Below are positions 48,581 to 59,400 of a DNA stretch of 64,000 bases, in pieces (within the stretch, counting starts at the first letter, position 1; each line of letters opens with the position of its first letter). A program made the translations under genes and the position numbers. The DNA is from an archaeon. Its GTDB lineage: Archaea; Asgardarchaeota; Heimdallarchaeia; Heimdallarchaeales; Kariarchaeaceae. The notes below the pieces were generated by a model that was not told the origin of the DNA, made no database searches, and saw only the letters and a program-made list of their open reading frames with translations. Location: assembly GCA_024280435.1 (NCBI GenBank), contig JAJRQD010000109.1:1879-65878 (forward strand), read 5' to 3'.

Positions 48581-51500
48581 TTAGATATTTATTTTTACTG
48601 GAATAATAAGATTTGATGTAATTAGTATGAATATCATCTCTATTTGATTATAGGAGCTATCAAATTCAATCTTATCATTAATTATTACAATAACTGAATT
48701 TGTTATCTCTTGGTTGAATGAATATATTTGATACAATTGAGAATTGATATCAGGAGATATTTCAGATGTGACAGTTGAGTTTATCTCGGTATCTGTGCTG
48801 AGATTTTCTACCTCATTAGAATCTGAATATCTATCTTCTTCTGAATTTCTATCTTCTTCAGAAGTTGAATTATACACAGTATCATTTTGATATGCTTTCT
48901 CATCTAGCTCATCAGAAAGATCTAGCTCATCCGAGATATCTGTATTATCAGAAAGATCTATATCATCCGAGATATCTGTACTATCAGAAAGATCTATATC
49001 ATCAGATAATTCGTCGTAATCGTCATATTCATAATCCAAATCATCATCATCTGCAAAATCATGCTCATCCTCATGGTCATCATCATGGTCTAATTTTATT
49101 TCCAAAGAATCGGGGATAAGATTTTTATTGGTATCTCCAGATCTAGGGTCCAAACCAATTGATAATTCAAATTTATCCGAAATTTTATCACCATCAGTAT
49201 CAAAATTACTAATGTCTGTCTTCAATGAATTTATTCTTGAAAAGCCTTCCAGACCATCAATTATGCCATCACCATCTTGATCTCCACCTCTGACAACAAT
49301 TGCAGGTAGATCAACTCTATGATCGTCATCATGGTCTTCTTCATAATGATTATGGTAATATTCATCCTCATGATCTTCTTCATGATGTTCATCATCACAG
49401 TGTTTTTCATCGTGATCATCATCACAATCAGGTCTTCTATCAAAATGTAATTTATCATTCCAACTCTCGATATACTGAAAACCCCAGTTATCAAATGATG
49501 AGCTATCAAGGAAATTATTCACTATTACACTCACCTCACCAGAATTCACAGTTAACCATGAATGTTGACCGAGATCACTTGATGTCCAGAATGCACCTGT
49601 CATCTCTCTTGTCTGAGATCTTGGATTATATGAGATACCAAAGAAATTATTATTCCAGATCACACCAAATTCAAAATCACTATTCGTAAAAGTTGATGCT
49701 GGTTGTCTGAAATTCACATAAGATCTTTTTTCCTGCCATCCACTACCTTGATTCTCAAAGAATGTGAAGCCTGGACGACGACCTAGATTGATTAATAAAT
49801 CAGCATCTCCATCATCATCATAATCCACAGCTTGTAGCTGTTTCACAACTCTTGTGAATTCATGCAGACCGATATGGCTAAGACCATACTCTACATCACC
49901 AAAATATCCTGGAATATATTCAAAATATCCATTGCTTGAATTTCCTGTGTACTGTAAATACATAAAGTTATTCTGTGTGATGAATAATAGATCATCAAAA
50001 CTATCTCCATTGAAATCAGCAGAGACAAATTCAATTACCGCATTAGATCCGAGTAGGTTCATCAATGCATCATCTATCACTGTGGTGTTGATATAATCAG
50101 TCAGCACATATTCATCTGATACAAATTTCCATATATCAATCTGATTATCTCTGTACACAAGCAACTCTGGAATACTATTTTCATATATTGATGAGAAGGT
50201 GAGCATTACTCTTCCCTGATAGTAATTATCCACATTGTATAATTCTGGAACATCCTGTATTCCTTTATTATTGGTATTGTATGGATCAAGAAGCATCTTG
50301 AAACTACCATCATAGAAATACAGATTATTTTCTGCATTATCATTTGCAGAATTACCAAAATCAGGTCCCAGCATAACTTGATCATACTTGTCAAGCTCAT
50401 CTTCTAGATTTTCAAAGCTAAATTGAGGGTTGATCCAGTTGTTAACACTCTTGTAATTAGGATTTGGAACTACATCCCAGCTACCATAATTACTCTGTGT
50501 AAATAATTGGTCCTCATATGAATTTGAAAACTCAAGCATACTTGGATCCCAACTATTAACCCTGGAATTTGAGCTGAAACCAATCATTTTACCCTCTGTG
50601 GTACTCATGAATAATACCGGTGTGTTATTATCAGGTACCTCATCAAAGAAGATACTTCTGACACTTGACATCCGGAGATTTATTCTCACAGCCTCGATTG
50701 ATTCTATCCTTAGATCAACTGTTGTGTTTGAGGATAAAGAGAGATATCTTACATAATTCCAGTGTCTCTTGGATACCATGGGATCAATATCAATATGAAT
50801 AGTCTTATTATCCTCAGACATCCATATATTTAATTTACTATCACAATGATGTTCCTCACAATCATCATCTTCTCTATCATCATCAAATTCTGAATAATCA
50901 TCATCATGCTCATCATCATGCTCATCATCATGTTCATCATCATGTTCATCATCATGCTCATCATCATGCTCATCATCAAGATCTTTCATCAGTTTTATCC
51001 GAATATCTGATAAACTACCATTAAATGCTTCTGCAAGATTGATATTTATATCAGACATTGAATTACCACCAGCTACTACTTCCTCTATGTTTCCAAAATC
51101 AACTGTGATGTTTGCACCATTACTGGCCAATGAACTGAAATGATTATCAGGTGCATTCTCAAGTCCACTCGTGAAGGGTGAGATCACATTTCCAGGATCT
51201 AACCAACTCATAGGTTCTGTAATAATACCATTGAAAGTAACATTACTTGCAGATAATAATATATCAGCATAATTGTCTATTGGATAAGCTCCGGTTCTTT
51301 CCCACAGATATGGATTTAATGTGATTCTATCAAGATAGAATTGATTGCTGACTGTATCATAATCAAGTAACATAACATCCTGTCCTCTGGCAAGTATCGC
51401 CACCTCTTCAGTACCATCCTCATCAATATCAGCAGATTCTAACTGGATGATTGATTTCCACAGAGTTGTGGTATCCTCCCATATACGCTTGAAACATAGA

Positions 51501-52426
51501 TCAAAGTTTACTTTATCATCATCATCATCATCATCATCATGAGACTTTGATTTGACAGTCTGATCACATTGATTCTTCTTTTTATCATCATCATCATCAT
51601 CATGATTAGAATTGATCACAGCAGTAGCATTACTCTTCTCATAGATCAGAATACCACCATGCTTCAATCCAATAATAATATCAAGCAAACCATTATCATT
51701 CAGATCACCTGTGGTTACTGATAATGCACGATCTTTCAGATTATCAGTTCTAAACCTCTCATTATACTGTTCCCACATACTATTCTTGGAATCAAATTGT
51801 ACGGGATCAATACCAAATATATGTACTCGGTTTTTGGATGACGCAACAATGATCTCTCTGAATCCATCATTCTCTATATCAACTATCTCTATATCCCACA
51901 TATCATTGGAGAATATAGATTTCCATACCAGATTGAATACTGTTTTGTCAATCTGTTGCTCAAATATATAGACAAATCCAGATGAACTTGCTATCGACAG
52001 ATCCAGAATACCATTGTTATCAATATCTGAGAATTCAAGATCAAGTACGTTTCCCCGGAATTTAGTCTCATCAATTCTTGTGAATAAAATATATTCCTCA
52101 GTTAAAGTATCCCATTTATAGATAAGAACAGCTTTGATCTGATCATTTGAATGAAATCTAGTACCCACTGCAAAGTATTGACCATCCTCTGTCATTGTAA
52201 CTGATTGTATCTGATCTTTTATCTCCTTATGATCTGAGCCTTTATCATCCTGTGAACTCAGTTTAAATGCAGTATCTGCACTTATAGAAGCAGATTCAGA
52301 TAAATTTCCATCTGCATTAATTAACCCTGCAGATGAACTCTGTGAAAATACAAGTATCATCATCAGAACTACTGTCAGAGTCAATTTAAGTAGATCCTTA
52401 AATTTATTAATTCTTATTTCTCTCAT
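48581..52426 (-). CDS. Giant secreted FG-GAP/integrin-alpha-like repeat protein with His/Asp/Cys-rich inserts
   Basis: It has a signal peptide (..VFSQSSSAG) and six or more FG-GAP-like Ca loops. The acidic tracts are (DDEH)n, poly-D and DCDDDHDEKHCDDEHHEEDHEDE. It has TSP3-like DTDGDKISD and a hydrophobic C-terminus. GGAGG lies 8 nt upstream of the ATG. Confidence 0.85.
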   Translation of the reverse strand: MREIRINKFKDLLKLTLTVVLMMILVFSQSSSAGLINADGNLSESASISADTAFKLSSQDDKGSDHKEIKDQIQSVTMTEDGQYFAVGTRFHSNDQIKAVLIYKWDTLTEEYILFTRIDETKFRGNVLDLEFSDIDNNGILDLSIASSSGFVYIFEQQIDKTVFNLVWKSIFSNDMWDIEIVDIENDGFREIIVASSKNRVHIFGIDPVQFDSKNSMWEQYNERFRTDNLKDRALSVTTGDLNDNGLLDIIIGLKHGGILIYEKSNATAVINSNHDDDDDDKKKNQCDQTVKSKSHDDDDDDDDKVNFDLCFKRIWEDTTTLWKSIIQLESADIDEDGTEEVAILARGQDVMLLDYDTVSNQFYLDRITLNPYLWERTGAYPIDNYADILLSASNVTFNGIITEPMSWLDPGNVISPFTSGLENAPDNHFSSLASNGANITVDFGNIEEVVAGGNSMSDININLAEAFNGSLSDIRIKLMKDLDDEHDDEHDDEHDDEHDDEHDDEHDDDYSEFDDDREDDDCEEHHCDSKLNIWMSEDNKTIHIDIDPMVSKRHWNYVRYLSLSSNTTVDLRIESIEAVRINLRMSSVRSIFFDEVPDNNTPVLFMSTTEGKMIGFSSNSRVNSWDPSMLEFSNSYEDQLFTQSNYGSWDVVPNPNYKSVNNWINPQFSFENLEDELDKYDQVMLGPDFGNSANDNAENNLYFYDGSFKMLLDPYNTNNKGIQDVPELYNVDNYYQGRVMLTFSSIYENSIPELLVYRDNQIDIWKFVSDEYVLTDYINTTVIDDALMNLLGSNAVIEFVSADFNGDSFDDLLFITQNNFMYLQYTGNSSNGYFEYIPGYFGDVEYGLSHIGLHEFTRVVKQLQAVDYDDDGDADLLINLGRRPGFTFFENQGSGWQEKRSYVNFRQPASTFTNSDFEFGVIWNNNFFGISYNPRSQTREMTGAFWTSSDLGQHSWLTVNSGEVSVIVNNFLDSSSFDNWGFQYIESWNDKLHFDRRPDCDDDHDEKHCDDEHHEEDHEDEYYHNHYEEDHDDDHRVDLPAIVVRGGDQDGDGIIDGLEGFSRINSLKTDISNFDTDGDKISDKFELSIGLDPRSGDTNKNLIPDSLEIKLDHDDDHEDEHDFADDDDLDYEYDDYDELSDDIDLSDSTDISDDIDLSDNTDISDELDLSDELDEKAYQNDTVYNSTSEEDRNSEEDRYSDSNEVENLSTDTEINSTVTSEISPDINSQLYQIYSFNQEITNSVIVIINDKIEFDSSYNQIEMIFILITSNLIIPVKINI
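50899..50978 (-). repeat. 12-bp tandem repeat x6.5 encoding (EHDD)n
   Basis: catcatcatg(c/t)t units run at 50899-50970, with a partial unit after them. Confidence 0.9.
51515..51603 (-). repeat. Two (ATC)n trinucleotide runs encoding poly-Asp
   Basis: (atc)~8.5 lies at 51515-51540 and (atc)~6.5 at 51584-51603. Confidence 0.9.
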
Positions 52427-52428
52427 AA

Positions 52429-55400
52429 TTAGGACCTCCCTGTGAATATTTTCTTCCGAATTACTGGAACTGCAACCACCCCGAGTATGCCACTACCCAC
52501 CAGAATTGCACTTATCAGACCAAACTGATCCAATAAATTAACCGGTATAGTAGCATTGACCGAGAAGATAATCACATCACGATAAATATCTCCAGAAGAT
52601 GTGGACACAAATGCCTCAAGGATATACGTACCCTCATCAAATTTTGCATCCAGATCATACCATAAGCCAGGGTTTGTCTTCTCATAGTATGATAGTGTTG
52701 TATTTGCAGAGAAAGTACCAACTATATTTCTATACCTGTACCAGGATCTATCCACATTTGTAATATTAAATACCACAATTGCCAACTCTCCATCTGAATT
52801 CTGATACTCTGTATTGGCAAACGGAGAGAGTATCATCAATGGACCCTGAAATGATGCAAGAATTGCATCCATCTCACTCTCACTAGTATATACATTGGGA
52901 TCTGACAACACTATAATCTCGAATCCATCCGAAAATGTATCATTATCACTATCTGCCCAATCTGGCCTTGTATTGTAGAGATATACCTCATCTCCATCAG
53001 AGATCGTATCTTTATCCACATCTGGATCAAATACTGCCCAGTCATTTACCTCAACAGTAGGATACTCTCCAGAATATTCTAATCCATCTTCCAATCCATC
53101 TAGATCCAGATCTAGATCCAGACCATCTATAATTCCATTATTATTGACATCATCAAAACCAATTTCAGGAGAGAAAGCAGGAAAGTTAGGCTGATATATT
53201 ACCAGCTCTGGACCGTCAGGAAGCATATCTTGATCTGTATCTGCTTCCCAAGAGTAGGTATTATAGTATTGCACAGTTATATTTCTAACGACATAATCCT
53301 TCGGAAGTATATCCCTATCAATAGTAATCTGCATAATACCACTATCTCTAATTGCATCGAAATCCACATTAGGATAATGTACAAACTCAGTCTCCGACTT
53401 TTTCAATAACTCAAGTGAATCAATTATCAAATCACCATCTGTATCTGCATCAATCGGCGATAAATCAAGATAAGTGTAATATTCATCAAAATCAAGAATC
53501 TGATCACCATCACTATCTGGATTATTTGCCTTGGATCCATTCAGAACCTCAGTTTGATCATCTACACCATCAAAATCTGTATCTCTAAGCACTGCAGATG
53601 AATTATATGGTTCTGAAATATCAACAATCAAGTTAATACCATCATCTGAAATATCAATATTTAACTCTTCCCCGTCTTCTAGCGAGTCACCATCTGTATC
53701 AGCAGAATTTGGATCTAGTGCATATGTAACTGATGCTAGACCACTGGCAAGATATATCTCCTCACCATCACTCAATCCATCAAAATCTCCATCTGGGTTA
53801 TTAGGATTGGTATTGGTATTGAATACCTCCTCATAATCATTCAGATTGAACAGATAACTACCATCTGGATTGAGAATACTATCTCTATCTGTATCTGCCT
53901 CAAGTGGTGAGGTTTGATAAACAAATATCTCATCATAATCTGAAAGTTTATCCAAATCTGTATCTGCTGAATTTGGATCTGTACCATAGATGTATATCTC
54001 ATTTCTATCCGAAATTCCATCATTATCCAGATCAGTAGAGGTTGGACTAATGCCCAATTCTACTTCCTCACCATCCAAAAATCCATCGGAATCAGTATCT
54101 TGCAGTAATGGATCGCTACCATAGATATTTACTTCATCAAAATCACTCAATCCATCAAAATCACTATCTGAGGATCTGAGGTTGGTACCAAGTACATAAT
54201 ACTCATCATAATCTGAAAGTTTGTCCAAATCTGTATCAGCAGAATTGGGATTAGAGCCCAGTAGTACCTCTAATCGATCATTTAATCCATCTCGGTCGGT
54301 ATCTGCATCGTATATATCTGTGGAATTGCTGTTTTCAAATTCATCAATTAGGCCATCATTATCAAAATCTCCAGATAATGGATCAGTGGGTATTTGATAC
54401 TGATAATAGAGTTCATATCCATCACTGACCATTACCACACCAACTCCTCCAGGACCGGTATCTGCATCAGAATCAGCCCTTGTTGGATCTGTGTAGAAAG
54501 TACGTGTAACATAATCACCACCTTCGATAATAGTTGCAGTGATACCTCTTATCTCAACACCATCTCTCATATCACCTAGATATGTTCTTGATGGTAGTAT
54601 CTCACCAGAATATGCCTGCATATATGAATCATCATCTGTATCATTATCCAATGGATGAGTATATCCTTTGTTCCAGATCATATCAGTCTCATTTGAATAT
54701 GGTACATATGGTTTATCTCCACCATAATATGGCCCATTCTTGCCTTCCTGGCCGTCCAGAAGCATATCATTATCAGTATCTGGATTCAGAGGATCTGTTT
54801 GGTTGTAATATACTTTACCACCAATTATCACTGAATTCACACTGGGTGTGATTCCAGACATGTCATATACGTAATTTATCTCAAAATAATCTGTAAGCCC
54901 ATCTCGGTCGGTATCTGCGTTAAGTGGATCTGTACCGTAGATTGATACCTCTTCATAATCAGTTAATTTATCATAATCACTGTCTTTACGCAGTGGATTT
55001 GTATTTAAAGCGATTTCAACTGAATCAATTATTCCATCTCCATCAGAATCTGGGATTGTGGGGTCTGTCATATAGAATTTCAGCTCTTCTTTGTCGCTCA
55101 GACCGTCACCATCTGTATCACTGGAGGTTCTGTGTAGAGATTGTATATCTTTGATACTATTTTTGTCATAATTAAGTACGCTCAGACTAGATCCATCTAG
55201 ACTACCGATGTTTAGGCCGGGGAATCTTCTCTCATATTCATCAGGAATACCATCATAATCGTTGTCATAGCCCATACCACCATTTTTCAGTACATCATCT
55301 CTTTTCTTGGGAGATAGATCAAATGGTCCGAATGGTTCTAGTACAGCTCTCCAACGCCATGTTTTCTTCTTGAACAGGAATTTTACTGTAATAGCAGCTT

Positions 55401-56460
55401 CTAGAATGATTAGTATTCTGAATATTATTCTGAGTGGTTGAGTTCTTCTGATGAAGTCCTGATCGAATGTCAATACTAGTCTTATTCCAGCGTAGAAACT
55501 AAGTTTAGCACTTGCGATAAATAGGTTCACCCCGATTGATAATCGTATACCTGCTTCAATCAGGAATCTTAGTATTGCGATACCACTTGCAGATGTTGTC
55601 GGGGTATCTGCTCGCATAAGTATCACCAGGTCTATTCCAAACTGAATTCGTAGTACTAATAGATCAAGACCGATATATCCTGCCAATCTGCTCATGAATC
55701 CACCTCCCAGACCTCCGGTGAATAGATCAAGTATTGTGATATCTCGATATATTCGTATACTGATTTCTAATCCCCATGCGATAACTTTCAGGAATGATTG
55801 AGAATCAAATCCATTGGCACCTAGTTCAAATAATTGTATTGCAAAGTATGCATATCCGGAAAATTCTATATTTACACCTAGTAGTGCCAGTAGTATCTCA
55901 AATATTCCACTCTCAGAGGTAGCCAGTTGTTTCAATCCAAAGTTACCAGATATCACGGGTGCGATCTTGAGGAATGATAATATTCTCTTAAGCATTCCAC
56001 CGAGATCCAGTCCACTGAGTACATTGCTTCCATCGAATAATAGTGAGATAATGAAATCTCTCAGTCCAATTCTGTCAAAATCAATGTTTGCAGTTATTTC
56101 GAAACTATATGAGAATTCAAATAATGTGAATGGTCCGAAGCCAATAGGCATCTCACCACCAATACTGAAGAATTTGAATTTATCAAACAGTACATTTAGT
56201 TTCTCAAGTAAATTATCAATTATATCAGATAGTATTGTTGCCATCCATCTTTTCAATTCATTGATTAGCCATCCAATTCCATCCTGGAAGAATTCCACTG
56301 CACTTGGAATTAGATCAATAAAGAATTTGACAGTATCAAATGCTTCTGGAGATAATAGTCCCTGTAGTGTATTGAGCACGTATGGTGTGAGATCCTGCAT
56401 TATCTGTTCTAGTGATGGTAATTCCACTTTGAATTTATCATCAACTAATCCTTTGAACAT
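52429..56460 (-). CDS. Giant thrombospondin-type-3-repeat protein with hydrophobic N-terminal domain and C-terminal TM anchor
   Basis: It has about 25 DxDxDGxxDxxE repeats and the C-terminus ILVGSGILGVVAVPVIRKK. It has no signal peptide and no SD. It is in frame with the upstream ORF across a single TAG. Confidence 0.85.
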   Translation of the reverse strand: MFKGLVDDKFKVELPSLEQIMQDLTPYVLNTLQGLLSPEAFDTVKFFIDLIPSAVEFFQDGIGWLINELKRWMATILSDIIDNLLEKLNVLFDKFKFFSIGGEMPIGFGPFTLFEFSYSFEITANIDFDRIGLRDFIISLLFDGSNVLSGLDLGGMLKRILSFLKIAPVISGNFGLKQLATSESGIFEILLALLGVNIEFSGYAYFAIQLFELGANGFDSQSFLKVIAWGLEISIRIYRDITILDLFTGGLGGGFMSRLAGYIGLDLLVLRIQFGIDLVILMRADTPTTSASGIAILRFLIEAGIRLSIGVNLFIASAKLSFYAGIRLVLTFDQDFIRRTQPLRIIFRILIILEAAITVKFLFKKKTWRWRAVLEPFGPFDLSPKKRDDVLKNGGMGYDNDYDGIPDEYERRFPGLNIGSLDGSSLSVLNYDKNSIKDIQSLHRTSSDTDGDGLSDKEELKFYMTDPTIPDSDGDGIIDSVEIALNTNPLRKDSDYDKLTDYEEVSIYGTDPLNADTDRDGLTDYFEINYVYDMSGITPSVNSVIIGGKVYYNQTDPLNPDTDNDMLLDGQEGKNGPYYGGDKPYVPYSNETDMIWNKGYTHPLDNDTDDDSYMQAYSGEILPSRTYLGDMRDGVEIRGITATIIEGGDYVTRTFYTDPTRADSDADTGPGGVGVVMVSDGYELYYQYQIPTDPLSGDFDNDGLIDEFENSNSTDIYDADTDRDGLNDRLEVLLGSNPNSADTDLDKLSDYDEYYVLGTNLRSSDSDFDGLSDFDEVNIYGSDPLLQDTDSDGFLDGEEVELGISPTSTDLDNDGISDRNEIYIYGTDPNSADTDLDKLSDYDEIFVYQTSPLEADTDRDSILNPDGSYLFNLNDYEEVFNTNTNPNNPDGDFDGLSDGEEIYLASGLASVTYALDPNSADTDGDSLEDGEELNIDISDDGINLIVDISEPYNSSAVLRDTDFDGVDDQTEVLNGSKANNPDSDGDQILDFDEYYTYLDLSPIDADTDGDLIIDSLELLKKSETEFVHYPNVDFDAIRDSGIMQITIDRDILPKDYVVRNITVQYYNTYSWEADTDQDMLPDGPELVIYQPNFPAFSPEIGFDDVNNNGIIDGLDLDLDLDGLEDGLEYSGEYPTVEVNDWAVFDPDVDKDTISDGDEVYLYNTRPDWADSDNDTFSDGFEIIVLSDPNVYTSESEMDAILASFQGPLMILSPFANTEYQNSDGELAIVVFNITNVDRSWYRYRNIVGTFSANTTLSYYEKTNPGLWYDLDAKFDEGTYILEAFVSTSSGDIYRDVIIFSVNATIPVNLLDQFGLISAILVGSGILGVVAVPVIRKKIFTGRS
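52919..55273 (-). other. Thrombospondin type-3 (Ca-binding) repeat region
   Basis: Examples are DTDGDGLSDKEE, DSDGDGIIDSVE, DTDRDGLTDYFE, DFDNDGLIDEFE, DTDSDGFLDGEE and DSDNDTFSDGFE. Confidence 0.8.
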
Positions 56461-56463
56461 TGT

Positions 56464-59400
56464 CTATGCAAGTCGAATGAAGTAAATCACTGCAAAATCA
56501 TCAATTCCTCTATCTGCAAGAGTTTTCTGTATTTTTTCCATCACAAGATTGATTGTGAACAGTCCTAGTGATCTGAGAATACCACTTATTGATGTCTCAG
56601 TATCAAATGATGAGCTTATCAGTGATAGAATGAAAAATGGTATTTCACCAACAATTAGACTAAGTCTGTCATTCTGTGTTTTGGATAGAAGTGAGGTTGG
56701 TATTCTGCTGAATAGTTCAGCAGTTACGTCTCTCAGGAATTCAGATGATTTTATTCTTGCCTCTTCTAGTGCCTGTTGTGGTGTTAATGATCCGGATGAA
56801 GCGATGATCATGGCTAGTGAGGGGGATTCCTTCAGTACTGCTAGAATATTCAATACTCCAGGTATGACAAACGTCATTATAGTCTCAATAGAAGTTCTTA
56901 CACTATCATTCACATCTTTCAGGAATAATTTCAGTCCATCTCGAATGAGAGAATCTAGATTTGCAGTTGTCAATGTCCTCAGAGGAGAATTGAAGTCTGC
57001 AATTTTACTTACCAAAAATCTTAGTATATCACCAATAAATGCTCTTGTATCAAGATCAATGGAGGTCAATCCACCAATTACAGTATCAATAATAGTATTG
57101 GCTATTGTATTCTCATTTATAGTACCATTTAGAACTGATTTTACCAGTTCCACATAATCTTTGATTTTTGATTGTAAATCAGGTGCTGATAATCCAGTAG
57201 CTGTGTATACAGAGCTGAATAATTTATCAATTGCCTCTGATATTGGGAAATTCTCCAGAAATGATTTTGCATCCTTGATTCCACCCAGTTTACCTGCGAT
57301 CCAGTATGCTAACTTGCCTATCTCAATCAATGGCTTGAATGCATCAAGATATTTCTGTATGAATGTATTGGTGTCAATTGGGTCGATAGCAAGTGGTTTG
57401 ATAAATGATGTACTGATGAAGTTAGTGCTTACCTGATCTATTTTATCAGGATTGGATGTGAATCCGCTGACACTTACTCTGATAGTATTATATCCTGTGT
57501 TAGAAGGATCTGGTGCTGAATCATTATAGTATGCCATTCCATCTATATCTTTTGAGAACATTATATTTCTGAAGTCAAAAGTATTTAGAGTTATCTGATC
57601 AACTCGCATCACTACTCTGACATCAAAAATTGATGAATTACCTGGAATTGCAAATGATGCAGATACAGGTCCATTAGATCCGGGTGCCCATGTATATGGT
57701 CCATCCACAGTGTAATTGAATGTTGATACAAGTTCAAAATTATTATTTAATCCATCCTTATCCACATACACATCAAAGAAATAATTCTCATCCAATAATC
57801 CATTATCACTTACCACATCAACAAATTCTAATTGTACAGTCACAGTATCTCCCTTGAGAAATAGTTGCTTACCCTGTCCACGTACCTGATATCCAAGCTC
57901 CTTGAAGACGATATCAATGACTGATGGTAGTGTAACCAGTTCCTGATGAGAACCTTCTATCTCATAATTTGTGGCACCAACAAGAGCTGGAGAATCTGTT
58001 GGGACTACTCCATCAAATCTGTTCAGGTACCAGGGATTTCCACCAAAGGTGATATAATTCTCTCCTGGTGGTTCCTCATATCCAAGTGCTTGTAATAATG
58101 GGCTTCCTGGTATCATATCATCAGCAGATGCAGCCCAATCGTCATAGAATAGATTTGTAGATCCTATATATGCCTCCCATGTTCCATGATTAGGTGTACC
58201 ATGCATAAATAATCTATCCACTCTTGCAGCCCAGGTATCATCAATATTTGGATCACTAGGACCTGCTTCCAGTAAATATCGGGAGATCAATCCACCATAG
58301 GAATATGCAATAATATTAATCTTTTCATTTACATCTACTCTTGCATTGATTAGATCCTCTACTTGATTTGCAAGCTGTGAGGTATTAAGATTGCCAGTAC
58401 CCAGTGTGGCATCGTATGTCAATGCCTGTGTACCGGGTAAATTATCATCAAAATCAATCACCTCAATTCCCTGAGCCTCTAGAATAGCAATCATAGTATT
58501 GAAGACAGTGGGATCACTTCTCCATCCTGGTATCATTACAACTCTTGGTACGGGTATTGCAGGACCTTTTCCCTGTGCAAAATATTCTGCCACTCCATTG
58601 GCAATTGATAGTCCAGCCTGTGTCTTATTTGCTGTGTACTCAAATTTTGCCCTGTCCTGTGGGTTGGTAATAAAACCTACCTCTACAAGTGCCTGTGGTA
58701 TTGTTGGTGTACCTCTGATGACTGCAAAATTAGCTGTTTTCACACCTCTTGGATACATATCAAGATCTGCCACCATATTGCTGTAAATCTCTGTTGCAAG
58801 GTCTCCACCATATTGATTATCTGTATGATAGTATACCTCATGTCCTCTTGCATTTGGTCTCACAGTACCATTATCAAATTTGAATGCATTGAAGTGTACA
58901 CTGATAAATGCATCTGCATAATCATTCACACCATCTAAATTTGTATCATTAGCAATTCTAGCTCTGGTTTTAAGATCATCTGAAATGCTGGCATTGAAAT
59001 TTTTATCAGTCTCTCTTGTCATCACCACATTTGCACCCAGATTTAGGAGTGCATCCTTCAATTCTAGTGATACATCAAGTGTCCAATCTTTTTCATAAAG
59101 TATCGTTCCATTTGTGTATTCAAAATATGCACCATTGTAAATACCTCCATGTCCCGGATCAACTACTATTGTTCTTCCTATAAGTGGATACAGATTTGGA
59201 ATTAACTCTGTAAATATCAGATCTGGAAGTACTTGATCAATATATTCAGATGAATCCTGTGTTTGGAATACTCCCAGCATGGATTTGAATACAGATCCAA
59301 GTACTGATTTTACTCTTCCGAGAAATGTCTGATCTGTGGAACTTGTAGTTGCAGTATTTGCAAGTGTGGATAATTGGCTCTGATTCGTTACCACTTCTTT

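Larger units (their letters stand above)
49780..52100 (-). other. FG-GAP-like repeat region
   Basis: The repeats include SDIDNNGILDL, VDIENDGFREIIV, GDLNDNGLLDIII, ADIDEDGTEEV, ADFNGDSFDDLL and VDYDDDGDADLL. Confidence 0.7.

Noticed and set aside
56464-56466. TAG between ORF1 and ORF2 read as pyrrolysine
   Set aside because: TAG clearly terminates other well-supported genes here (stops ending at 7086, 26031 and 43311), and no pyl genes are in the window. I keep it only as one untested option under the in-frame-stop finding.
55814-57157. Long plus-strand ORFs (55814..56485, 223 aa; 56549..57157, 202 aa) and many 60-130-aa ORFs antisense to the giant genes
   Set aside because: They lie wholly inside much longer minus-strand ORFs that have clear domain content. 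Their translations are low-complexity Ser/Ile/Leu-rich, as expected of shadow ORFs in AT-rich DNA.
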